DNA of 64,000 bases from a virus, in IMG/VR virus record IMGVR_UViG_3300047357_000359, positions 9,728-73,727 of that record. The stretch is one strand, 5' to 3'. The position numbers and the translations under genes were made by a program. The notes under the pieces were generated by a model. It was not told where the DNA came from and ran no database searches. It saw only the letters and a list, made by a program, of their open reading frames with translations. This document shows positions 27,909-38,252 of this stretch, one piece after another. Position 1 is the stretch's first letter. Each line of letters begins with the position of its first letter.

Positions 27909-28850
27909 ATGAAACTTAACGATTTGAAAAAACCTTTAACAGCTAATGCTTTAAATGAAAGCCTAGCTAAAACTTTTGGAACAAGAATTGCTCTTGATAA
28001 ATTTACTGTGGAGCAACTAGAAGATGCACGTAATAAATTACGTACACAGCTAAGCCAAGTTGAAACAAGCGAACAGTTTGAAAGCGTACATTCAAGTGAT
28101 ACATATCAGAAAGCTAAAATGTTCCTAGACGTTATCAATCAAGAGATGCTTGAAAGAGAAACTGCTAACGAAGCGAAACCAGACTTTTTAGATTTAGACA
28201 AAGACGGCGACAAGAAAGAGCCAATGAAGAAAGCCGCAAAAGAAAAAGGCGATTCAAAAGATTCAGACTCAAAAGGCTTATCAGCAAAACAAAAGAAACT
28301 TCCAGCAGGTTTGCAAAAAGCTATTGCAGGCAAAAAGAAAACTAATGAAGGCGCAGAAGAAGCGGCCACTTTAGTTATGGCGGCCAAAGACATGGTAGAC
28401 CGTGTTACAGGTTGGATGGAAGACACAGCAGAAATGCAAACAGAAAGTATGCTAGAACTAGGCGACAAAATTAGAGATGAGATGGGTTCAGAAGCATCTG
28501 AAACATTTATTGGAACTGTAAAACCAGCACTAGAAAATCTTTACACAGTATTTGAAACAACCAGAGAAGCATTAACAGGTGGCGTAGCTATCGTAACAGG
28601 CGAAGGCGCTCCAGAGACTATGGGAACAGACGTTGAGGCTCCTGCAGAGGACCCAGCTATGGAACCAACAGTTGACCAAGACGCCGATGCTGAAGCACCA
28701 GTAGATGATGAATTTGGAGCAAGTGAACCTGCAACAGGCGGAGAAGAAATTGCGGACAGAGGTAAACGAGAAAGTGTTTTACGCTCACGCAGACTAGCTC
28801 AGTTATTAACTGATTCAAAAAAAAAGGTAGTACCTCAAGCAAAAAAGTAG
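27909..28850 (+). CDS. putative prohead core/scaffold-like protein
   Basis: Late promoter; multiple (L/T/A)xE sites; AKPDFLDLDKDGDKKEPMKKA element; acidic C-terminal part. Confidence 0.55.
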   Translation: MKLNDLKKPLTANALNESLAKTFGTRIALDKFTVEQLEDARNKLRTQLSQVETSEQFESVHSSDTYQKAKMFLDVINQEMLERETANEAKPDFLDLDKDGDKKEPMKKAAKEKGDSKDSDSKGLSAKQKKLPAGLQKAIAGKKKTNEGAEEAATLVMAAKDMVDRVTGWMEDTAEMQTESMLELGDKIRDEMGSEASETFIGTVKPALENLYTVFETTREALTGGVAIVTGEGAPETMGTDVEAPAEDPAMEPTVDQDADAEAPVDDEFGASEPATGGEEIADRGKRESVLRSRRLAQLLTDSKKKVVPQAKK

Positions 28851-29185
28851 CTGAGGCTTCCGATTCAGACACCAAGTCTTCCTTAATAAACGTATTTAGA
28901 AATGTGATAGGTAGTGCCGATACTCAAAATCAGCCTGCCTATCTTTCATTTGATGCAATGAACACTATCATGAAGAACTTAAAAAAGCCACAGTTTGATT
29001 ACGATGGCTTCAAAAGAATTTATGATGAGAATCCAGAGATACAACCATTAGTTAAAAACTTTGATTCAAAAGGTATTACTCTTTACACAAAGAAAGAAGC
29101 ACCTAGCGATGCACCAAAAGGTCAAAAGACTGACGGCGAAGTAGATAAAATGGCTCAACGTGCAACATCAAAAGCAACTGCATAA
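28814..29185 (+). CDS. -1 frame extension of the 27909 ORF (or independent ORF from GTG 28904)
   Basis: Frame is open from 28814 through two A-AAA-AAG sites; no SD before GTG 28904. Confidence 0.6.
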   Translation, partial: FKKKGSTSSKKVAEASDSDTKSSLINVFRNVIGSADTQNQPAYLSFDAMNTIMKNLKKPQFDYDGFKRIYDENPEIQPLVKNFDSKGITLYTKKEAPSDAPKGQKTDGEVDKMAQRATSKATA

Positions 29186-29194
29186 CAAAACCAC

Positions 29195-29223
29195 TTGACA
29201 ACGTAGAACACTTCCTGTATACT
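29195..29223 (+). promoter_or_regulatory. sigma70-type early promoter
   Basis: TTGACA-N17-TATACT. Confidence 0.75.
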
Positions 29224-29245
29224 ATATAATGTATAGGAGGAAACT

Positions 29246-29839
29246 ATGAATGAAGTATCTATTGTACCTAATCTAGTTTGGAAATATAATTATAGTCCAG
29301 GCTTTGATGTACAAGCATTTAAAGACTACCAATCCACAGAAGCACAGTTACATCAAACAGAAGCTGATGGTGGCAAGAGTACGGCAGGTCATGCTAACCC
29401 TCCTCACGAATGGGAATGTAATAGAGATTTTATGATTTGGTTACGTCCAAAGATTGAAATAGCTCTAGCTGAATGGGATATACAGTACACAGATATTATT
29501 GCTACAGGTAGTTGGACTAATTTACACAAACGAGATGCACATACATTACCACATGATCATGGTAGTGCAAACGTAGTAGTGTCTGCATACGTACAAGTTC
29601 CACCACAAAGTGGTAACATAGAGTTTGAACAGTTACTAAGAACTAACTGGTCAGGTTATTCACGTATTCCTACTAACACAATACACGATTACTGGAAAGA
29701 AGTAAGTGTACAAACTAATGACGTTGTAATATTTCCGGGTTGGCTAACACACAAGACTCAAGCAAGTAACAGCGATGAAGATAGAATTACATTTACTATT
29801 AATACCAACGGCAGAGATAGGAACGATATACCACTATGA
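29246..29839 (+). CDS. 2OG-Fe(II) oxygenase (TIGR02466-like)
   Basis: SW.N, HDH, IFPGWLTH, RITF. Confidence 0.8.
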   Translation: MNEVSIVPNLVWKYNYSPGFDVQAFKDYQSTEAQLHQTEADGGKSTAGHANPPHEWECNRDFMIWLRPKIEIALAEWDIQYTDIIATGSWTNLHKRDAHTLPHDHGSANVVVSAYVQVPPQSGNIEFEQLLRTNWSGYSRIPTNTIHDYWKEVSVQTNDVVIFPGWLTHKTQASNSDEDRITFTINTNGRDRNDIPL

Positions 29840-30597
29840 CACAACGTATGGACCTAGGCACATTAATGAGTGCAAGTAATCAATGGATAGTAGATATTAG
29901 ATGTCCTTTCCATGAACAGTTTTTACAGCTATTTGAAAATGACAAGTTTAGGGGTGAAGACCAAAGCAAAGTTAAAACAACATTCAATGGTTACCAATAT
30001 GATATTACTCCTCCTAACTTACCTGCATGGGGTGGCAAAGTTGTAAGGTCAGATAAGATGAATCCTGACACACCTGAACAACAAGGCTTTCCAAGCAGTA
30101 AACTTCTTAAAGAAACAAGATTTGAACCATCAGTACAGTCAAACTTTCCTCCTATAGACAAAGAAAAGTTTGATAACATTGATTGGAAACAACTAATGGA
30201 ATGGGTAATGAAAGTTGTTAGACGCAACGGCATTCCTGTTAAAACTATTAAAGTAAGTAAGACTTGGTGTGTTGACTATAGTGATGGCGGATACCAAGCA
30301 ATACACAATCACGGAAGTGCATGTATTAGTATGGTAATGGCTATGGATGAAACTCCTGTTAACGACAGTGACCATAAAACTATGTCACCTGACAACGGTA
30401 TGCTTTACACACTAATGCCTAATCCAGATGGTACACAAGAATACAATCAATTTGCACCATATCCAGGTAGAACAGTTATTATGGATGGTAGAGTGTGGCA
30501 CGGAGTTTATCCTTGTAAAGCACCAAGGCGTACATGGGTAGTTGACTTTGACTTTGATTACTTTGCACCAGACGAGGAGTTTGATCCTAATGAGTGA
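29836..30597 (+). CDS. 2OG-Fe(II) oxygenase-like protein
   Basis: GYQAIHNH...VWHGVYP..RR. Confidence 0.7.
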   Translation: MTQRMDLGTLMSASNQWIVDIRCPFHEQFLQLFENDKFRGEDQSKVKTTFNGYQYDITPPNLPAWGGKVVRSDKMNPDTPEQQGFPSSKLLKETRFEPSVQSNFPPIDKEKFDNIDWKQLMEWVMKVVRRNGIPVKTIKVSKTWCVDYSDGGYQAIHNHGSACISMVMAMDETPVNDSDHKTMSPDNGMLYTLMPNPDGTQEYNQFAPYPGRTVIMDGRVWHGVYPCKAPRRTWVVDFDFDYFAPDEEFDPNE

Positions 30598-30757
30598 AAC
30601 ATGTGAAACATGTCGTATTGCAATCAGCGAGGACGGCATTGAAATAGATTCAAGTCAAGGTGATATTATATTAGAAGCAACAGTACTTGGTGGTATTGTA
30701 ATTGTTATAGCATTATTATATGTAGGCAAGAAGTGGATAGACAGGAAATTTAAGTAA
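30590..30757 (+). CDS. small membrane protein
   Basis: C-terminal TM; coupled. Confidence 0.5.
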   Translation: MSETCETCRIAISEDGIEIDSSQGDIILEATVLGGIVIVIALLYVGKKWIDRKFK

Positions 30758-31299
30758 TGGATAAAGTATACACAGGATACAATCAAGCTGTAATTGAAAC
30801 ACACTATGACGGATGGTCTGTTGTACATCAACAAGCAAACAATCACGTTACAGAAGTTAAAGACTATCCTAGACGAATACAAAGTACTATTGATCCTAAC
30901 TGTTTTGTAGGTATGGAAAACTGGGTTAGAGATAAAATGAATGAACATAACATACCCGTAAAGAAAGTAACAGTAGACGAAAGCTGGTTGCACAACTACA
31001 AACCACACGAGTATCAGAGTGTACATAATCATACAGGCAAACCTAATCTAATTAGTTTAGTAATGTATGCACAAGATTTAGAATTAGATCTACCAAACGA
31101 TAATTCGGGTTCGTTATACACGATTATTGCAGAAAGAGATCTTACCCTTAGTATTAATGAAGTAGTACCTACACCAGGTAAGACAGTACTAATGACAGGC
31201 AACGTTAATCATGGAACGTACCCTTACCACAACGTAAGGAGTGCATTGGTTATCAATTTTGTAACAGAATGGCTAGAGCCAGAGGAAGAAATTAAATGA
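30757..31299 (+). CDS. 2OG-Fe(II) oxygenase-like protein
   Basis: SW..Y...YQSVHNH...HGTYP..R. Confidence 0.7.
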   Translation: MDKVYTGYNQAVIETHYDGWSVVHQQANNHVTEVKDYPRRIQSTIDPNCFVGMENWVRDKMNEHNIPVKKVTVDESWLHNYKPHEYQSVHNHTGKPNLISLVMYAQDLELDLPNDNSGSLYTIIAERDLTLSINEVVPTPGKTVLMTGNVNHGTYPYHNVRSALVINFVTEWLEPEEEIK

Positions 31300-31976
31300 G
31301 TTTAATAACCGAACAGTATGATTATAAAGAGCTAAAAAGAGAAAGCGTAAACGGCAAGCGTTTGTACGCTTGTCCAGATGGTAACCATGTAGCAAGTGTT
31401 ACAACAATCCTTAGTAAAACGAAGGATATGACGCATTTAAACGCATGGCGTAAGCGTGTTGGAGAAAAGAAAGCACAAGAGATTGTAACAGAAGCCGCTA
31501 GTGTTGGAACACGTATGCACAAGTTCTTAGAGGATTACATACTAGAAGGCGAATGGCCACAACCAGGCAGTAACCCTTACAGTCAACAAGCAAACAAGAT
31601 GGGTGAACAAATCCGTGATAATGCTATGGTTGACGTAGATGCTATATGGGGTACAGAAGTGATGCTTTATCACCCTCAAATCTACGCAGGAACGACTGAT
31701 CTTGTAGGAACATACAAAGGCCAGCCTTGTATTATGGACTTTAAACAATCTAACAAGCCTAAGAAGAAAGAATGGATTGAAGATTACTATTTGCAGTTAA
31801 CAGCCTATGCCTTAGCACATAACGAAATATACGGCACAGACATTAAAGAAGGGCATGTATTTGTATGCTGTCGCGACTTAACGTATCAGCAGTTTGATCT
31901 ATGGCCAGACGAATTTAAGGAGTGGGAATCTAAGTGGTGGGACCGTGTATATCAATATTATGACTCCATGAAGTGA
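31296..31976 (+). CDS. PD-(D/E)XK exonuclease (Cas4-like, marine T4-type)
   Basis: SVTTIL, GTRMH, YAGTTD, IMDFKQS, QLTAYA. Confidence 0.85.
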   Translation: MSLITEQYDYKELKRESVNGKRLYACPDGNHVASVTTILSKTKDMTHLNAWRKRVGEKKAQEIVTEAASVGTRMHKFLEDYILEGEWPQPGSNPYSQQANKMGEQIRDNAMVDVDAIWGTEVMLYHPQIYAGTTDLVGTYKGQPCIMDFKQSNKPKKKEWIEDYYLQLTAYALAHNEIYGTDIKEGHVFVCCRDLTYQQFDLWPDEFKEWESKWWDRVYQYYDSMK

Positions 31977-32007
31977 TAAATACTAATAGCAAATTAGGAG
32001 AAATATA

Positions 32008-33636
32008 GTGGCGATTGTACAAATTTCACGTATACAGGTTAGACGCGGACAAAAGAATGCAGGTACTGGCATACCGCAATTAGCTGGCGGTGAGTTTGGC
32101 TGGGCTGTAGATGCTAGAGAACTTTACATTGGTAACGGTTCAGTATCAGAAGGTGCACCAGCAGTTGGTAATACAAAGATTATTACACAACATGATAACT
32201 TGTTTACGTTTGCAGACACATACAAGTACAAAGCAACGGATGAAACAATCCAAACAGGTGCTACTGCTACAACTCCAGTTACTAGAACATTACAAGAAAG
32301 ACTAGACGAAACAGTAAATGTATTGTCGTTTGGTGCATTAGGTGATGGTTCAGATCAAACAACAGTTTTACAAAGAGCTATTGATCAACTATACCTAAAC
32401 AATGCATCAAAAGGAAGTGTTACAAGTAGAGTAAAATTATATTTTCCAGCAGGTAATTACACATTATCAAACAGTTTAAAAGTTCCGCCACATGCTACAC
32501 TAGTTGGTGAAGGCAGTGAAAGAACAATCATTACACAGACTGGTGCGTTTCCAATTATAGAAACTGTTAATAGCACAAGTACTCCAGGTACATATGCCAG
32601 TGATGCAACTAGCTCATTTATTAATCAAGCACAAGATATTAAAGTGTCAGGCTTTACACTAGTACAACAAACTGTTAATACAGGACTAGCATTGACTAGT
32701 TGTAGAAACAGTACGTTTGAAGATATTACTATTAAAGGCACTTGGTCAACAGGTACAGTAGTAACAGCAACACAAGTTGGTGTACTATTAAACAGTTTAT
32801 CAACAGCAGTAAGTTCAAACAATAATACGTTTACTAACTGTACTATCGAAGGACACTCATATGGTGTGTTTAGTGATTTTGATATTAAAGAAAATACGTT
32901 TAGTAATACAACATTTAAAACTTTAGACAGAGGTGTTGTATTTGGACAAGGAACTACTATTGGTGCTCAAGGACAATTAACAGGTCCACAGAAAAATACA
33001 ATTACTAGTAGTACATTTACAGACATTGACGAATACGGTATATTTGTTAACAAGGGTAACTATAATAGAAGCACACATAACACATTTACTAGTGTTGGTA
33101 ACAATGGTGGAGCAAACTCAAATGCTTCATTTGCTATTATTAAGTTTACAGACGGTACTGCATTAACTAATAGCAGTGACGGTGACTTCTTTGACAGAAC
33201 AGCAGATTTGTCATATAACCAAACATTGATTTCAGGCTACAAATATGTACCAGAAGTTGAAGGGCCAGGATTATTTAAAAATGAGTTTTCATATAGAATT
33301 CCTGTAGCACAACAGAATACATTTGTAAGAGTATTAAAGTGTAGTGGCGAAGTTAGTAAAAACGTACAAATTGCGTATGTATACAAATCAACAGCCGTTA
33401 ACGCAATTAGAGAAGGTGTACTAAACATCTTTGTTAACCTTGCAGACGGAACTACGCAAACAACAGACGAGTTTACATTTTTAGGAACTGACGCATACAG
33501 ACCTAATTTAGAATTTCAAACAGCATTAGCTGATGAGGATGGAGATGCAACTAACGAAACAATAGTTGTGCAGATGAAGAATACAACAACTAGTGATACA
33601 GGGTCAATATCCTTTAACGTTACATATAAGACTTAA
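32008..33636 (+). CDS. tail/baseplate-associated protein with pectate-lyase-like beta-helix
   Basis: N-terminal IQVRRG..PQLAGGEFGW..LYIG; NVLSFGALGDG..LQRAID..LYFPAG.Y. Confidence 0.75.
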   Translation: MAIVQISRIQVRRGQKNAGTGIPQLAGGEFGWAVDARELYIGNGSVSEGAPAVGNTKIITQHDNLFTFADTYKYKATDETIQTGATATTPVTRTLQERLDETVNVLSFGALGDGSDQTTVLQRAIDQLYLNNASKGSVTSRVKLYFPAGNYTLSNSLKVPPHATLVGEGSERTIITQTGAFPIIETVNSTSTPGTYASDATSSFINQAQDIKVSGFTLVQQTVNTGLALTSCRNSTFEDITIKGTWSTGTVVTATQVGVLLNSLSTAVSSNNNTFTNCTIEGHSYGVFSDFDIKENTFSNTTFKTLDRGVVFGQGTTIGAQGQLTGPQKNTITSSTFTDIDEYGIFVNKGNYNRSTHNTFTSVGNNGGANSNASFAIIKFTDGTALTNSSDGDFFDRTADLSYNQTLISGYKYVPEVEGPGLFKNEFSYRIPVAQQNTFVRVLKCSGEVSKNVQIAYVYKSTAVNAIREGVLNIFVNLADGTTQTTDEFTFLGTDAYRPNLEFQTALADEDGDATNETIVVQMKNTTTSDTGSISFNVTYKT

Positions 33637-34061
33637 TGCAAGAATTAAATTTTGAGAGCAGGCTCTTTGACTGGTCTAGATTTAGAAAGAAACTAGAAAC
33701 AAGTAATAAGCCCTTCCAGGACGCAATCTCCTACTATGATAGACACGAACGCTGTAAATTAAGCATTGATCCTTGGGATCGTGCAACATGGCCTAGTCCG
33801 TGGGAGATATTACTCCAAAATAAAATTTGTGACTTGACACATAGCCTAGCTGTGTGTTATACTTTACAATTAACTGATAGGTTTTCCCAAAGTGATTTTG
33901 AGATACATATCAGTACAGATAAGACAAGTGAGGTATTTTTTTATCCTGTATTCGTAGATAACCATGTATTGTGTTATGAATTTGACGAGGTTTGCCAAAG
34001 AGCAGATTTACCAACAGAATTTATATCACAACGCATATATCGAATGCCCCGGCTTCAATAA
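33636..34061 (+). CDS. hypothetical protein
   Basis: Coupled ORF; WPSPWE. Confidence 0.65.
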   Translation: MQELNFESRLFDWSRFRKKLETSNKPFQDAISYYDRHERCKLSIDPWDRATWPSPWEILLQNKICDLTHSLAVCYTLQLTDRFSQSDFEIHISTDKTSEVFFYPVFVDNHVLCYEFDEVCQRADLPTEFISQRIYRMPRLQ

Positions 34062-34112
34062 ATACACTTACATTAATATTAAAGATTAAGATTAAAGATT
34101 AGGAGATAGAGA

Positions 34113-36467
34113 ATGACAAACGGCTTGGGAATCCAAATCCAAAAAAGAGATGGGTCAAGTGTACCACTAGACATCAATAAAATTCACTTTGTTGTAGAAG
34201 AAGCGTGTGAAGGACTAGCAGGAGTTAGTAGTAGTCAAATTGAAATGAATGCAAACATTCAATTCTATGACGACATGAGTACAGCAGAGATTCAAGAAAT
34301 CCTAGTTAAAAGTGCAAACGATTTAATTACATTAGAAAATCCTAACTATCAGTTTGTTGCGGCACGTTTATTATTATACCCTATCTACAAAGAGTCATTT
34401 GGCCAATACAATCCTATTCCTTTAATTGATGTAATCAAACGTAACATTGACCGTGGTGTATACGATCCAGCTATCTTAGAAAAGTATACCGAAGACGAAC
34501 TTTCAACATTAAACAAATACATTAAGCATAAACGTGATGAGAACTTTACGTATGCAGGACTTCGTCAAGTAGTTGACAAGTACCTTGTACAAGATAGAAG
34601 CAGTGGTGACATTTATGAATCTCCACAAATGATGTACATGATGATCGCGGCAACATTGTTCGCAGAATATCCAGCACAATCACGTATGCAATATGTAAGG
34701 AGATACTACGATGCGACCTCCCTTTTTAAAATCAATATCCCGACGCCCGTTATGGCCGGCGTCCGCACACCTCTTAGACAATTTGCTTCTTGCGTACTTG
34801 TTGATAGCGATGATACCCTTAATTCCATTTTTAGTTCTGATATGGCTATTGGGCGTTATACCGCACAAAGAGCAGGAATAGGAATTAACGCAGGACGTAT
34901 TAGAGCAGTAAACAGTAAAATTAGAGGTGGTGAAGTAGCACACACAGGTGTTGTCCCATTCCTAAAGAAGTTTGAAGCAACAGTACGTTGTTGTACACAA
35001 AATGGTGTACGTGGTGGTAGTGCAACTACACACTTCCCAATATGGCATTACGAAATTGAAGACATCCTTGTGCTAAAGAATAACAAAGGTACAGAGGATA
35101 ACAGAGTACGTAAGTTAGATTATTCAATTCAGCTTAATAAAACTATGTATGAAAGATTATTATCCGGCGGCGATATAACTTTGTTCTCGCCACATGAAGT
35201 GCCAGACTTATACGAAGCATTTTATTCAGACCAAGATAAGTTTGCAGAGTTGTATGCAAAATATGAACGTAGCAAAACATTACGTACAAAAACTATTTCA
35301 GCAATGGACTTGTTTAGTGCATTAATTAAAGAACGTGCAGAAACAGGACGTATCTATATTATGAATGTTGATCATGCTAATACACACAGTTCATTTAAGG
35401 ACACAGTTTACATGAGTAACTTGTGTCAAGAGATTACATTACCAACTAAGCCACTACAACACATTGACGATCCAGAAGGTGAAATTGCATTGTGTATTCT
35501 TAGTGCTATTAACGTAGGTAAAATTAACAATCTAGATGAACTAGAAGACTTGTGTGATATGGCAGTAAGAGCATTAGATGAAATTATTGACTATCAGAAG
35601 TATCCAATTTTAGCCGCAGAAAAAAGTACTAAAGCAAGACGTAGCTTAGGTGTAGGTTACATTGGACTAGCACATTACCTAGCTAAGAATCAAGTTAAGT
35701 ATAGCGACAAAAAAGCATTAACAAAAGTACACGAGCTAACAGAAGCATTTCAATATTATCTGTTACAAGCGTCAAACAATCTAGCTAAAGAAAAAGGCAA
35801 GTGTGAATATTTTGACCGTACTAAATATAGCGATGGAGTACTACCCATTGACACATATAAAAAGGACTTGGATGACGTATGCAAGATTACACTAAAATAT
35901 GATTGGGAGACTCTTAGATCTTCAATTGTTAAGGACGGACTTAGGCACTCAACGTTGTCCGCACAGATGCCATCGGAAAGCAGTTCCATTGTGTCGAATG
36001 CCACAAACGGTATTGAGCCACCTAGAGGATTCTTGTCCATTAAGAAAAGCAAAAAAGGGCCTCTTAAGCAGATTGTTCCACAGTATCAGTCATTAAAGAA
36101 CTATTACACATTGCTATGGGATATGCCTAGCAACGAAGGCTATATTAACATAGTAGCAGTAATGCAAAAGTTCTTTGATCAAGCAATTTCAGGTAACTGG
36201 AGTTACAACCCAACACACTTTGAAAACAATGAAGTTCCAATGAGTGTAATGCTACAAGATATGTTAACTACATATAAGCTAGGTTGGAAAACTTCATACT
36301 ACCAAAACACCTATGACTTCAAGTCTGATCCTAACGATTTAGAAGATGAACAAGAAGAAGTTAAGTTAGAAAGCCCTATTAACGGCTTTGAACCACAGAT
36401 TGGACGTGCGGAGTTTAACGGCACAGACGATGAGTACGAAGAATATTGCGACAGTTGTGCAATTTAG
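34113..36467 (+). CDS. nrdA: ribonucleotide reductase class Ia alpha subunit
   Basis: ATP cone, PTPVMAG, QFASCVL, SNLCQEI, C-terminal CDSC. Confidence 0.97.
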   Translation: MTNGLGIQIQKRDGSSVPLDINKIHFVVEEACEGLAGVSSSQIEMNANIQFYDDMSTAEIQEILVKSANDLITLENPNYQFVAARLLLYPIYKESFGQYNPIPLIDVIKRNIDRGVYDPAILEKYTEDELSTLNKYIKHKRDENFTYAGLRQVVDKYLVQDRSSGDIYESPQMMYMMIAATLFAEYPAQSRMQYVRRYYDATSLFKINIPTPVMAGVRTPLRQFASCVLVDSDDTLNSIFSSDMAIGRYTAQRAGIGINAGRIRAVNSKIRGGEVAHTGVVPFLKKFEATVRCCTQNGVRGGSATTHFPIWHYEIEDILVLKNNKGTEDNRVRKLDYSIQLNKTMYERLLSGGDITLFSPHEVPDLYEAFYSDQDKFAELYAKYERSKTLRTKTISAMDLFSALIKERAETGRIYIMNVDHANTHSSFKDTVYMSNLCQEITLPTKPLQHIDDPEGEIALCILSAINVGKINNLDELEDLCDMAVRALDEIIDYQKYPILAAEKSTKARRSLGVGYIGLAHYLAKNQVKYSDKKALTKVHELTEAFQYYLLQASNNLAKEKGKCEYFDRTKYSDGVLPIDTYKKDLDDVCKITLKYDWETLRSSIVKDGLRHSTLSAQMPSESSSIVSNATNGIEPPRGFLSIKKSKKGPLKQIVPQYQSLKNYYTLLWDMPSNEGYINIVAVMQKFFDQAISGNWSYNPTHFENNEVPMSVMLQDMLTTYKLGWKTSYYQNTYDFKSDPNDLEDEQEEVKLESPINGFEPQIGRAEFNGTDDEYEEYCDSCAI

Positions 36468-36533
36468 TACTTGACAAATACATAAGACTAGTGTATATTA
36501 ATAAATACGCTATTAGAGAAAAAAGAGAGAGAC

Positions 36534-37637
36534 ATGGCAAAGACAGTATTTAATCGTGAAGCTGTAGACTTCACAAAGCAACATATGTTCTTCGGAGCAG
36601 ATCAAAACACACAGAGATACGATACATTTCGTTTCCCTGTATTTGACAAACTTAACCAAACAATGCTTGGTTACTTTTGGCGTCCTGAGGAAGTATCGTT
36701 ACAAAAAGATAGAGCTGACTTCCAAAACTTTCGTCCAGAAGAAAAACACATTTTTACAAGTAACCTAAAGTATCAAACACTACTAGATAGTGTACAAGGA
36801 AGAGGACCATGTCTTGCTTTCTTGCCTCATGTATCTTTACCAGAACTAGAAGGTTGTATTGTTACTTGGGACTTCTTTGAAACTATTCACTCACGTAGTT
36901 ATACACACATTATGAAGAATGTATATCCTAATCCAAGTGAAGTATTAGATCATATTTTAAATGACGATGAAATTATTAAACGTGCAGTTAGTGTAACTAA
37001 AAACTATGATGCATTTACAGGTGCGGCAGACGCATTCATTCATCGTAAAGAAGGAACCATGCGTGACGTTAAGAAAAAAATGTTCCTTGCTATGATGAAC
37101 GTAAACATCTTAGAAGGATTACGTTTTTATGTTTCGTTTGCATGTACATTTGCATTTGGTGAGCTAAAGAAAATGGAAGGCTCAGCAAAGATTATTAGTC
37201 TTATTGCTCGTGATGAAAGTCAACACCTTGCATTAAGTTCACACGTTCTTAAGAATTGGATGCGTGGCGATGACGATCCAGAGATGGCTAAGATTGCAAA
37301 AGAATGTGAAGCAGAAGTTTATGAAATGTGGAAGGCATGTGTTAACGAAGAAAAAGCATGGGCTAAACATTTAATGAAAGACGGATCAATTATTGGTCTG
37401 AACGAAAGACTGTTAGGCGATTACGTAGAGTACATTGCCAACCGTAGGCTTAAAGCATTAGGATACTCAACTATCTTTGATGCATCATCAACCCAAAACC
37501 CGCTACCGTGGACACAACATTGGCTATCTAGCTCAGGCTTGCAAGTTGCACCTCAAGAGACAGAAGTTGAAAGTTATATCATCGGTGGGATTAAACAAGA
37601 CGTGTCAACAGACAGTCTAAAAGGATTTAAACTATAA
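36534..37637 (+). CDS. nrdB: ribonucleotide reductase class Ia beta subunit
   Basis: FWRPEE, ETIHSRSY, EGLRFY.SF, RDE..H, APQETE. Confidence 0.97.
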   Translation: MAKTVFNREAVDFTKQHMFFGADQNTQRYDTFRFPVFDKLNQTMLGYFWRPEEVSLQKDRADFQNFRPEEKHIFTSNLKYQTLLDSVQGRGPCLAFLPHVSLPELEGCIVTWDFFETIHSRSYTHIMKNVYPNPSEVLDHILNDDEIIKRAVSVTKNYDAFTGAADAFIHRKEGTMRDVKKKMFLAMMNVNILEGLRFYVSFACTFAFGELKKMEGSAKIISLIARDESQHLALSSHVLKNWMRGDDDPEMAKIAKECEAEVYEMWKACVNEEKAWAKHLMKDGSIIGLNERLLGDYVEYIANRRLKALGYSTIFDASSTQNPLPWTQHWLSSSGLQVAPQETEVESYIIGGIKQDVSTDSLKGFKL

Positions 37638-37900
37638 TGCAAAAGGCAGACAACAACACCACAGTAGTATATTCAAAACCAAATTGTAGCTATTGTGTAA
37701 AAGCAAAACATCTATTAAAAAGTAAAGGCGTAGACTTTATCGAAATGATTATTGGTAAAGACATTCCAGTTGAACAGTTGATGGAAGAATTCAAAGTTAA
37801 TAATCTTCCAATGCCACGAACTGCTCCGCAAATTATTTTCAAGGGTAAGTATATGGGTGGTTATCACGAATTAGAAAAACACTTAGAAACTGGAGAATAA
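37637..37900 (+). CDS. glutaredoxin
   Basis: CSYC, TAPQI, GGY. Confidence 0.9.
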   Translation: MQKADNNTTVVYSKPNCSYCVKAKHLLKSKGVDFIEMIIGKDIPVEQLMEEFKVNNLPMPRTAPQIIFKGKYMGGYHELEKHLETGE

Positions 37901-37903
37901 TAT

Positions 37904-38221
37904 ATGTTAATTGAAGCACCTTACAAAAAAGGCGATATTGTTACTATTAAACTTATGTCAGGCGAAGAGCTTGTAGGTAGGTTTGAAAAAGAAGATGATA
38001 AACAAATCCAACTTCATTATCCACTAACACTAGTTGCTAGTGAAAAAGGTATTGGCTTACAACAGTTCTTGTTTACAGCAGAAGTAAACAGAAGCTATAC
38101 TGTTAAGCATACTGCTATTTCTTTATGTGTACCTACTGCAAAACAGTTTGCTGAAGCATACGAAAAACAAACATCACCAATCATCAAAGCACCTGCAGGA
38201 TTAGCTGACATCATTAAATAG
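37904..38221 (+). CDS. hypothetical protein (Sm-like fold likely)
   Basis: GDIVTIKL.SGEELVG. Confidence 0.65.
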   Translation: MLIEAPYKKGDIVTIKLMSGEELVGRFEKEDDKQIQLHYPLTLVASEKGIGLQQFLFTAEVNRSYTVKHTAISLCVPTAKQFAEAYEKQTSPIIKAPAGLADIIK

Positions 38222-38252
38222 CAGATAAATACTTTGTAAGAGGAGTATTAAT

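Noticed and set aside
31296-31976. CRISPR-Cas system from the Cas4-like nuclease
   Set aside because: No repeat-spacer array or other cas genes seen; stand-alone exonucleases of this type are common in T4-like phages.
34113-37637. Introns or inteins in nrdA/nrdB
   Set aside because: Both ORFs are continuous and of normal length.
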